Below, piece by piece: positions 11,029-22,000 of a stretch of DNA of 64,000 nucleotides (position 1 is the first letter of the stretch; every line of letters begins with the position of its first letter). Made by a program: the position numbers and the translations under genes. This DNA comes from Rebecca billardiae RCC1528 (Eukaryota > Protista > Haptophyta). The DNA is taken from contig OZ251236.1 in NCBI GenBank assembly GCA_965240325.2, forward strand, positions 1,550,001 through 1,614,000, given 5' to 3'. The notes under the pieces are model-generated. The model was not told where the DNA came from, ran no database searches, and saw only the letters and a program-made list of their open reading frames with translations.

Positions 11029-11664
11029 ATGGCCATGGACCTCGCGCAGGGGCTGCTCGTGTACAGCCTCGTGCTCTGCTGGGAGCGGCTGGCGTACGGC
11101 GTGGTGTACCACTACACGCCGACCTTCCGCCGCGTCTTCAACCTCGGCGCGAGCGGCAAGGCCGACCTGAGCATCATGCACACGCTCGTCGGCACCTTCA
11201 AGGTCGTGCAGGTGTGCACGGTCGCGTACGACATCCTCTCGCGCGTCGAATGGCGCGAGGCGCTGCTGCGCATGGAGTGGGCGGCGGTGGGCTCGAGCAT
11301 CACGTCTAACGCGCTCGCCCAGCCCGCGCGCCTCGCCGCCGCGCTCCTCCTGCTCGGCTTTGGCCAGCTGCTGAACGTGAGCATCTACTCGGCGATCGGC
11401 TCGGTGGGTGTGCACTACGGGCACCAGCTGGGGCACGACGTGCCGTGGTGCACGGGCTGGCCGTTCACATGGCTCTCCAACCCGCAGTACATCGGCGTCG
11501 TGCTCACCTTCTGGGGCGTGTACCTCTTCTTCGCGCCCACGTGGCCGTGGGGCGCGCTGGCGTGGTACACGATCCCGCTCGTGATCAGCGCGCTCTACAC
11601 CGCCTCGTGCAACGTGCTCGAGGCGGGCACGCCGCGGCATACGCTCGGCGTGAAGCGCGCGTGA
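11029..11664 (+). CDS. PLMT: Phospholipid N-methyltransferase, plant PLMT / yeast OPI3 (PEMT family) type
   Basis: Multi-TM protein with family motifs GQLLNVSIYSAIGSVGVHYGHQLGHDVPWCTGWPFTWLSNPQYIG, plus WERLAY and FKVVQ. ATG at 11029 (alternative 11035) within ORF 10687..11664. Confidence 0.85.
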   Translation: MAMDLAQGLLVYSLVLCWERLAYGVVYHYTPTFRRVFNLGASGKADLSIMHTLVGTFKVVQVCTVAYDILSRVEWREALLRMEWAAVGSSITSNALAQPARLAAALLLLGFGQLLNVSIYSAIGSVGVHYGHQLGHDVPWCTGWPFTWLSNPQYIGVVLTFWGVYLFFAPTWPWGALAWYTIPLVISALYTASCNVLEAGTPRHTLGVKRA

Positions 11665-13053
11665 GCGCCAGCCGCGCGCGTCACGCGAGCGGCTCGCCGC
11701 GCGCAAGGCACCCGAGGCCACGCGCAGAACGCCGCCACGGGCGCGGGCTGGGCTGCAGGCCATGTGCCACGCGCACACCCCGCCGGGCTCGTCCTGGCTG
11801 GGCCGCAGGCTCGTGCGACCTAGCTGCCGCGTGCCACGTGACGGGACATTGCTGGCGACGTTTCGGCTCGCGCCCTCGCCGTGGGTGCTTGCAAGAAGCA
11901 GGCGTGCGCACACGTTATTAGTTGGTCATAGCTCCCAGCATCACGGCGCATCAGCGGCACCACGCTCGCCGGCGTGAGGACGTCCTCCGACGGCCTCTGA
12001 GTCTGGCTGAAGGCGGTTTGAGGTGCCAGTGCATGCCCACAGTGGCCCGCAGTGGGTTGGCGTGGCCTCCGCAGTCGTCCAGCACGTGTTTGGGCCGACG
12101 CCGTAGCGCGGCGCGGATGCTCATGGAGTCCGATGCACGCGGGCGCGGTCAGCCCGCGGTGAGGTCGCAAGCCGAACCTTCAACCAGCCGTGGACGGTGG
12201 AACTACTCATCCGAGTCATCGGGATCGGGGATAACTTAAGAGCTGGTCGATCGGCAGCAAACCAACGTCGCATGCGGCCACCGGATGAACGGACAGTTAC
12301 TACTGTGCACACGGTCACGGCGCCAGCCGGACTCCCGGAGGAGGACTCACTGATTCAGAGTGAGGAGGCGCCGCCGCGACTCGCGAACGGCGAGTGGCGC
12401 GTCCACGGCCGTGGCGAGACTGAGAGGCGTCCGGACCGTGAAGTTCTCACTCATCTCAGTCGCGCTCGCGCGCTTCCCGCGCCGGGGGCCCCGTGTACGC
12501 CCGTCGTCGCCCTCGCCGCTGGGTGCCAAACCGGGCTCAAGTTCCACCGAGCGCTCCATGGCCTACAACTACGCGCTTACGACAAATTTGGTTTATCGTA
12601 ACCAGATTTGTTAATGTTATAGTCATACAGGCGATTGCCGATTGGGTAGCCCCGAGCTAATAATAGCACCATTAATACTGGCGATTAAATACCTATGGTA
12701 CGTGTGATATGCTCATAGCAGTACAGTAAACACGAACTCGACATTCATATTAATCGACTTAACGGCGGCGGGGTGGGGCAGTATTATTGCTCTCCTAATT
12801 TCAAATTCGTGGATGGCCACGACCTACCCACTTTCCAATTGGTTGGTTTCGTGGCTGATGAATGGTGGAGTGGTTGCTATTCATCAATATTGCTATTCAC
12901 GGTTTCATCTCAGGGTTGTTATCTAGAGCGCCGCTGCCCGCCTGCCGCGGGTGTGCGCATCTCCGCGAGTGGTCGAGTAGCCGACGTGCGCAACCACTCA
13001 AGGCCTCCGACCCTCCGTTAGTATCTCCGCTCGCAGGCCCGGGCGCCGCAGCC

Positions 13054-16000
13054 ATGCGACCGCGCAAGTGGACGCTCACTCAAGCGGCGGTGCTGCTGCT
13101 CGCAGTCGCGCCGGGCACCGTGAATGCGCAGTTCGTGAGCATCGAACGTGAGCAGAAGATCTCGGCCACGTCTGGCGGGCTTGATGCGTCCTCCGTGTCG
13201 GCGGGCGACGAGCTCGGCTGGAAAGGCCTTGCCTTTGTGGGCGACTTGGACGGCGACGGCGTACCCGACGCGGTCGCCGGGCTGCACATGGCGTCGTCCG
13301 CCGATGGCGCAGCACTCGTGCTCTTCCTGCGCGCGAACGGCACCGTCCACACCGAGCAACGCCTTGCGTCCGGCCAGCGCGGTCTGCCCGTCCTCGTGTC
13401 CGCGGGCAAGTTTGGTGCCGGCGTCGCCGCGCTCGGCGACGTTAACAACGATGGCGTGCCAGACGTGGCGATCGGTGCGAGCGAGGCTGGCGGCGGGCGA
13501 GTCTACATGTGCTTCATGAACGCCGACGGCACCGTCAACGCCACCGAGCAGATCGGTCAGGGCTTGGGCGGCTTCACCGGCACGCTCGGCAGCTCGGACC
13601 TGTTCGGGCAAGCGCTGGCTAACGCGGGCGATCTCGACGGTGACGGAAATCTCGAGCTGCTCGTCGGCGCGCCCGGTGACAGCGCGATGTACGTGCTCTT
13701 CACCAACAGCACCGGCACCGTCACCTCGCACACCAAGATTGCGGCGGGCAGCGGCGGCTTGGTCGCAGCCCCCAGCGCCAATGACGTCTTCGGCGAAGCA
13801 CTGGCCGGGCTCGGCGACGTGAACGGTGACGGTGTGCCCGACGCGCTGGTGGGCGCGCCCGGCGACAAGGACGGCGGCAACCAGGCGGGCGCCGTGTACG
13901 TGCTCATGCTCGATGCCACCGGCGCGGTCATCGCCGAGCAGAAGATCACGGAAGGGCTCGTGAACCCGCCCGGTGGCTTTGACCGCTTCGGCTTTGCGGT
14001 GTCAGCACTCGGCGACCTGAATGGGGACGGCGTCGTCGACTGTGCGGTGGGCGCGGAGAGCACGGACGACGGCGTGTCGAACTCCGGCTCCGTGTACATC
14101 CTCCTCCTCACCTCCGCGGGCGCGGTGCTCGATGAGCGCAAGATCAACACCCTCAGCACAGACCTGACGGCCGAGCTGGCATCGGGCGACCATCTCGGGT
14201 CGGCACTGAGCGCGGCGGACGTGGACGCGGATGGGACGGTCGACCTGCTGGTTGGCGCGTGGGGGGACGACGACGGCGGCTCGGACGCTGGAGCGATCTA
14301 CCTGTGGCACCTCAACGCCTGGCAACCGCCGTCGCCACCGCCATCACCGCCACCACCGGCACCACCGCCGAGCCCACCGCCCGCGGCGCTGCTCCCGAGC
14401 CCGCCACCATCGCCGCCGCCATCACCGCCGCCGAGCCCGCCGCCGAGCCCACCGCCGAGCCCGCCGCCCAGCCCGCCGCCCAGCCCGCCGCCCAGCCCGC
14501 CGCCGTCGCCGCCGCCGAGCCCGCCGCCGCCCACTCCGCCACCGAGCCCACCGCCGAGCCCGCCGCCGAGCCCGCCTCCCAGCCCGCCGCCCAGCCCGCC
14601 GCCGCCAAGCCCGCCGCCGAGCCCGCCGCCGAGCCCGCCGCCGTCGCCGCCGCCAAGCCCGCCACCCTCCCCGCCGCCGTCATCACCACATCCCACGCCG
14701 CCACCAAGCCCGCCGCCAACACCACCGCCCTCCCCGCCGCCGAGCCCGCTGCCCCGGAGCCCGCCACCGAGCCCGCCGCCTGCCCCTCCGCCCAGCCCAC
14801 CGCCGAGCCCGCCACCGCCATCGCCACCACCGTCGCCGCCGCCGAGCCCGCCACCCACCCCACCGCCAAGCTCGCCGCCCTCGCCACCGCCCTCGCCGCC
14901 ACCCTCGCCGCCTCCCTCGTCGCCGCCTCCGGTGCCGCCGCCGAGCCCACCTCCAAGCCCGCCTCCGAGTCGACCGCCGAGTCCGCCACCGAGCCCGCCG
15001 CCGAGCCCGCCGCCGCCGAGCCCGCCGCCGAGCCCGCCGCCATCACCGCCACCTTCGCCGCCACCGTCACCGCCGCCGCCGAGTCCGCCGCCGAGCCCGC
15101 CGCCGAGCCCACCACCAAGACCCCCGCCAAGCCCGCCACCGCCATCGCCACCCCCGTCGCCGCCGCCGAGCCCGCCACCCTCCCCGCCGCCGAGTTCGCC
15201 GCCCAGCCCGCCGCCCACCCCGCCGCCCAGCCCACCGCCCAGCCCACCGCCCAGCCCGCCGCCACCGTCCCCTCCGCCATCGCCCCCGCCATCTCCGCCG
15301 CCGTTGCCACCGCCGTCGCCGCCGCCGCCATCACTGCCGCCGAGCCCGCCGCCGAGCCCACCGCCGAGCCCGCCGCCGAGCCCGCCGCCGCCAGGCTCTC
15401 CGCCGAGTCCGCCGCCGAGCCCACCGCCGACTCCGCCACCATCGCCACCGCCGCCGGGCCCGCCGCCGAGCCCGCCACCGTCACCGCTACCGGGCCCTCC
15501 GCCGAGCCCGCCACCGCCATCACCGCCTCCGTCGCCTCCGCCGAGCCTGCCACCGAGCCCGCCGCCGAGCCCGCCGCCATCGCCACCGCCACCCAGCCCG
15601 CCACCACGCCCGCCGCCATCGCCGCCACCAAGCCCACCACCGAGCCCAACGCCGCCGTCCCCACCGCCGTCCCCACCGCCATCGCCGCCGCCGGCGCCGC
15701 CACCCTCGCCGCCGCCGCCGTTGCCGCCGCCGAGCCCGCCGCCGAGCCCGCCGCCGAGCCCGCCGCCGAGCCCGCCGCCGCCAAGCCCACCGCCGAGCCC
15801 GCCTCCGAGCCCACCACCGAGCCCGTCGCCATCGACGCCGCCGCCGAGCCCGCCGCCGAGCCCGCCGCCGAGCCCGCCACCATCACCACCGCCATCGCCA
15901 CCACCGAGCCTGCCGCCGCCATCGCCGCCACCGTCGCCACCGCCGAGCCCGCCGCCGAGCCCGCCGCCATTGCCACCGCCGTCGCCGCCGCCGAGCCCGC

Positions 16001-19000
16001 CGCCGAGCCCGCCGCCATCGCCACCGCCGTCGCCACCGCCGAGCCCGCCGCCGAGCCCGCCGCCGAGCCCGCCGCCCCCGAGCCCGCCGCCGAGCCCGCC
16101 ACCGTCGCCACCACCATCACCGCCGCCGAGCCCGCCGCCGCCGAGCCCGCCGCCGTCGCCGCCGCCAAGCCCGCCACCCTCCCCGCCGCCGTCACCACCA
16201 CCGCCCACGCCACCACCAAGCCCGCCGCCAACACCACCGCCCTCCCCGCCGCCGAGCCCGCCGCCGCCGAGCCCGCCACCGAGCCCGCCACCTGCCCCTC
16301 CGCCCAGCCCACCGCCGAGCCCGCCGCCGCCATCGCCACCACCGTCGCCGCCGCCGAGCCCGCCGCCGAGCCCGCCGCCCCGCCCGCCGCCCAGCCCGCC
16401 GCCCAGCCCGCCGCCCAGCCCGCCGCCCAGCCCGCCGCCGCCGTCCCCTCCACCATCGCCACCGCCATCTCCGCCGCCGCCGCCGCCACCCTCGCCGCCG
16501 CCGCCATCGCTGCCGCCGAGCCCGCCGCCGAGCCCGCCGCCGAGCCCGCCGCCGAGCCCGCCGCCGCCGAGCCCTCCGCCGAGCCCGCCGCCGAGCCTAC
16601 CACCGAGCCCGCCGCCATCGCCGCCGCCGCCGAGCCCGCCGCCGAGCCCGCCACCATCACCACCGCCATCGCCACCACCGAGCCCGCCGCCGCCATCGCC
16701 GCCGCCGTCGCCACCGCCGAGCCCGCCACCGAGCCCGCCACCGAGCCCGCCGCCGCCGAGCCCGCCGCCGAGCCCGCCGCCGTCGCCACCACCATCACCG
16801 CCGCCGAGCCCGCCGCCGCCGAGCCCGCCGCCGTCGCCGCCGCCAAGCCCGCCACCCTCCCCGCCGCCGTCACCACCACCGCCTACGCCACCGCCAAGCC
16901 CGCCGCCAACACCACCGCCCTCCCCGCCGCCGAGCCCGCCGCCGCCGAGCCCGCCGCCGAGCCCGCCGCCATTGCCACCGCCGTCGCCACCGCCGAGCCC
17001 GCCGCCGAGCCCGCCGCCATTGCCACCGCCGTCGCCGCCGCCGAGCCCGCCGCCGAGCCCGCCGCCATCGCCACCGCCGTCGCCACCGCCGAGCCCGCCG
17101 CCGAGCCCGCCGCCGAGCCCGCCGCCCCCGAGCCCGCCGCCGAGCCCGCCACCGTCGCCACCACCATCACCGCCGCCGAGCCCGCCGCCGCCGAGCCCGC
17201 CGCCGTCGCCGCCGCCAAGCCCGCCACCCTCCCCGCCGCCGTCACCACCACCGCCCACGTCACCACCAAGCCCGCCGCCAACACCACCGCCCTCCCCGCC
17301 GCCGAGCCCGCCGCCGCCGAGCCCGCCACCGAGCCCGCCACCTGCCCCTCCGCCCAGCCCACCGCCGAGCCCGCCGCCGCCATCGCCACCACCGTCGCCG
17401 CCGCCGAGCCCGCCGCCGAGCCCGCCGCCCCGCCCGCCGCCCAGCCCGCCGCCCAGCCCGCCGCCCAGCCCGCCGCCCAGCCCGCCGCCGCCGTCCCCTC
17501 CACCATCGCCACCGCCATCTTCGCCGCCGTCGCCGCCACCTTCGTCGCCGCCGCCATCGCTGCCGCCGAGCCCGCCGCCGAGCCCGCCGCCCAGCCCGCC
17601 GCCCAGCCCGCCGCCGCTGAGCCCTCCGCCCATCCCGCCACCGTCGCCACCACCATCACCGCCGCCGAGCCCGCCGCCGCCGAGCCCGCCGCCGTCGCCG
17701 CCGCCAAGCCCGCCACCCTCCCCGCCGCCGTCACCACCACCGCCCACGCCACCACCAAGCCCGCCGCCAACACCACCGCCCTCCCCGCCGCCGAGCCCGC
17801 CGCCGCCGAGCCCGCCGCCGAGCCCGCCGCCTGCCCCTCCGCCCAGCCCACCGCCGAGCCCGCCACCGCCATCGCCACCACCGTCGCCGCCGCCGAGCCC
17901 GCCGCCGAGCCCGCCGCCGAGCCCGCCGCCCAGCCCGCCGCCCAGCCCGCCGCCCAGCCCGCCGCCCAGCCCGCCGCCCAGCCCGCCGCCCAGCCCACCG
18001 CCCAGCCCGCCGCCATCGCCGCCGCCGCCGAGCCCGCCGCCGAGCCCGCCACCGTCACCGCCTCCGAGCCCTCCGCCGAGTCCGCCACCGCCATCACCAC
18101 CTCCGTCGCCACCCCCGAGCCCGCCACCGAGCCCTCCGCCGAGCCCTCCGCCACCAAGCCCGCCTCCGAGCCCGCCACCGACACCGCCGCCATCGCCGCC
18201 GCCAAGTCCGCCGCCGCCGAGTCCGCCACCGTCGCCACCGCCGAGCCCGCCGCCGAGCCCGCCGCCCAGCCCGCCGCCGCCGAGCCCGCCGCCGAGCCCG
18301 CCGCCGACACCACCGCCATCGCCACCGCCATCGCCTCCGCCACCGAGCCCACCGCCAAGCCCGCCGCCATCGCCGCCACCGAGCCCGCCGCCCAGCCCGC
18401 CGCCGCCGTCTCCACCGCCATCGCCCCCGCCATCTCCTCCGCCGTCGCCGCCGCCGTCGCCGCCGCCGCCGAGCTCGCCGCCGAGCCCGCCGCCGAGCCC
18501 GCCGCCGAGCCCTCCGCCGAGCCCGCCACCGCCATCACCGCCTCCGTCGCCTCCGCCGAGCCCGCCACCGAGCCCTCCGCCGAGCCCGCCGCCCCCAAGC
18601 CCGCCTCCGAGCCCGCCGCCGACACCACCGCCTTCGCCACCGCCATCGCCGCCGCCGCCGAGCCCCCCGCCGAGTCCCCCGCCGAGCCCGCCTCCGGCGC
18701 CGCCGCCCAGCCCGCCGCCGCCAAGCCCGCCGCCATCGCCACCGCCGTCGCCGCCGCCGTCGCCACCGCCGTCGCCGCCACCGCCAAGCCCGCCACCGAG
18801 CCCGCCGCCAGCCCCGCCCCCGAGTCCGCCGCCGCCGAGCCCGCCACCGAGCCCGCCACCATCGCCGCCGCCGAGCCCTCCGCCGAGCCCGCCGCCGCCC
18901 AGCCCGCCGCCATCGCCGCCGCCCAGCCCGCCACCCAACCCGCCGCCATCGCCGCCGCCCAGCCCGCCGCCCAGTCCGCCGCCGGCACCGCCACCGAGCC

Positions 19001-22000
19001 CGCCACCGCCGTCTCCGCCGCCAAGCCCGCCGCCCAGCCCACCGCCATCGCCGCCGCCGAGCCCACCACCGCCGAGCCCGCCGCCATCGCCGCCTCCCTC
19101 GCCACCGCCGGTGCCGCCGCCCAGCCCGCCGCCGCCATCGCCGCCGCCCTCGCCGCCGCCCATCTCTCCACCCTCGCCACCGCCAAGCCCGCCACCGCCC
19201 TCGCCGCCGCCGAGCCCGCCGCCCGCCAGTCCGCCGGCGCCACCACCAAGTCCACCGCCGCCCAGCCCACCACCAACGCCACCGCCGAGCCCGCCACCGT
19301 CGCCGCCGCCGTCGCCGCCGCCACCCGGCGCGCCGCCCTCGCCGCCGCCGAGCCCGCCGCCCCTGCACCCGCCCGCGCCGCCGCCGAGCCCACCACCATC
19401 GCCTCCGCCCTCGCCGCCGCCTCAGCCCCCGCCTCCGCTTCCCCCGCCGAGCCCGCCACCGAGCCCGCCGCCGAATCCACCGCCGTCGCCGCCGCCGCCA
19501 AGCCCGCCGCCCGCCCCGCCGCCCGCCCCGCCCCCGCAGCCACCGCCGTCGCCGCCGCCGCCGGGCTTGCCACCAAGCCCGCCGCCGAGCCCGCCACCCG
19601 CGCCGCCGCCGCGCCCGCCGCCGCCCAGCCCGCCGCCCAACCCGCCGCCGTCGCCGCCGCCGAGCCCGCCGCCCAACCCTCCACCTCCAAGCCCACCGCC
19701 AAGCCCACCCCCTTCGCCGCCGCCGACGCCGCCGCCTCCCGGGCCACCGCCGTCGCCGCCGCCCGCTCCACCGCCACAGGCGCCACCGCCGCCGCCACCG
19801 ACGCCGCCGCCGAGCCCGCCGCCCTCGCCGCCGCCCTCGCCGCCGCCGCTCCCACCACCGCCCAGCCCGCCGCGCCCGCCGCCGTTCGTGCCGCCGCCGC
19901 TGCCGCCAAGCGCGTCCCCGCCGCCGAGCGCGCCGCCGCCGTCCGCGCCGCCGTCGCCCCCTCCGCTCTCCCCGCCGCCCTCTCCGCCCGGCAGCTCGTC
20001 CTACCTCGGCCTCACGCTCGACGCCGAGCCGAGCGCGTACGGCACACAGGCGGCGCAGCGGGCGCTGGCCGACGGCCTCGCGAGCGCGGCGGCCATCCCG
20101 GCCGAGTGGGTGGGCGTGGTCTCCGTGTCGGCCGCGTCGGTGCGCGTGGTGCTGCGCGTCTTCCAGCCGAGCGACCCGGCCGCCCCCGACGCGGCCGCCG
20201 CGCTGCAGGCGCTCTCAGCGGAGGGCCTGGGCGCCTCGCTCGGCGTGGGCGTGCTCGTGACGCCCGAGCCGCTCGTCGCGGGCTGCTCCGAGCCGGGCGC
20301 GGCCAACTACGAGCCCGGAGTCGAAGTGGACGACGGCAGCTGCGTGGCTCACTCGCCGCCGCCGCCGGCGTCGCCGCCGAGCGCGCCGCCGAGCCCGCCG
20401 CCCGCGTCGCCGCCGCCGAGCCCGCCGCCGAGCCCGCCGCCGAGCCCGCCGCCGCCGAGCCCACCGCCCCTTCTGCCACCGCCGCCGCGCGTGGCTCCGT
20501 TCCCACCGCCGAGCCCGCCGAGCCCGCCGCCCGCGCCGCCGCCCAGCCCGCCGCCGAGCCCGCCGCCGGGCGCGCCGCCCGCACCGCCGCCGAGCGCGCC
20601 GCCGAGCGCGCCACCGAGCGAGCCACCGAGCGCGCCGCCGCCGGCGCCACCGCCGTCCTCGCCGCCGCAGCCGCCGCCGCGCCCGCCGCCGCGCCCGCCG
20701 CCGCCGAGCCCGCCGCCGGCCCTGCCGCCGCCGCCTCGCGCTGAGCCGTTCCCGCCGCCTGCGCCGCCAAGCCCGCCGCCGCGCCCGCCTCCGCCGCGCC
20801 CGCCGCCGAGCCCGCCACCGAGCCCGCCGCCCTTGCCGCCGCCGCCACCACCCGGCACGCCCCCGGCGTCGCCGCCCTCGCCACCGCCGCCGCCGCCGCC
20901 GCACGCGCCGCCTCTGCTGCCGCCCTCGCCGCCGCCCTCGCCACCGCCGATGCCGCCGCTGCCGTCGCTGCCACCCTCGCCGCCGCCTCGCCCGCCGCCG
21001 CCGAGTGCGCCGCCCTCGCCGCCGCCGCCGCCGCGCACCGAGCCGTTCCCGCCGCCGGCGCCGCCGAGCCCGCCGCCGAGCCCGCCGCCGAGCCCGCCCC
21101 CGCCGAGCCCACCACCCAGCCCGCCACCATCCCCACCGCCAAGCCCGCCCTCGCCGCCTCCGCTGCCTCCGCCGCGTGATCCGCCGAGCGCGCCGCCGAG
21201 CGCGCCGCCCACGCCGCCGCCCTCGCCGTCGCCGCGCCCGCCGCCTGGCGCGCCGCCGAGCTCGCCGCCGATGCCGCCGCCGAATCTGCCGCCGCACGCG
21301 CCGCCGCCGCACCCGCCGCCCAGTCCGCCGCCTGGCACACCGCCGCCGATGCCTCCGCCCTCGCCGCCGCCTACGCCGCCGCCGCCGAGCCCGCCACCGT
21401 CTCTGCCGCCGCCGCCGCGCACGGAGCCGTTCCCGCCGCCGGCGCCGCCGAGTCCGCCGCCGAATCCGCCGCCGAGCCCGCCACCGCAGAGTCCGCCGCC
21501 GAGCCCCTCTCCGCCTTCGTCCCCCAGCCCGCCCTCGCCGCCTCCGCCGCCTCCGCCGACCACGCCGCCGAGCGAGCCGCCGACCACGCCGCCAGCACCG
21601 CCGCCCACGCCACCGCCACCGCCGCCGCCGCCCGCGCCGCCGCCGCGCCCGCCGCCGGTGCCGCCGACACCGCCGCCGCCGCCGCGCACGGAGCCCTTCC
21701 CGCCGCCGGCGCCGCCGAGCCCGCCGCCAAGCCCACCTCCGTCACCACCGCCCAGCTCGCCACCGCCGCCGCCGCCATCGCCGCCGCCATCGCCGCCGCC
21801 GGGCCCGCCGCCGCACCCGCCGCCGAGCTCTCCGCCGCCGCTGCCGCCACCCAGCCCGCCGCCGCCGCCGCCGCCCGCGATCCGCGTGAGCGTGCTCGGC
21901 GGCAGCCGCGAGGGCGCGCCGCTCGGCTCGGACGACGCGGCGCTCGAGCTCGAGGGTGCGGGCTTTGACAGCCTGGCCGGCGGCGCGTTTGGCGAGATCC

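Noticed and set aside
11665-12860. Short ORFs and AT-richer DNA suggesting a transposon remnant or small gene
   Set aside because: No transposase/RT motifs, terminal repeats or coding-like codon bias seen; treated as intergenic/promoter DNA. The CCAATTGG at 12835-12842 is too short to call.
12862-13053. Upstream ATG extension of copy 1 (likewise 29320 and 47014 for copies 2 and 3, 10687 for PLMT, 6743 for the IQ protein)
   Set aside because: Extensions have non-coding-like composition. Downstream ATGs give clean signal peptides or family-typical starts.
13140-14310. Calling the giant proteins true integrin alpha subunits or adhesion GPCRs
   Set aside because: No thigh/calf domains or GFFKR tail, and five rather than seven TMs. 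The motifs fit the polycystin-1 N-terminal TM module better.
14326-19989. Possible CRISPR array or non-coding satellite
   Set aside because: No unique spacers and no cas genes. Repeats are in frame with variation mostly at synonymous positions, so this is a coding minisatellite.
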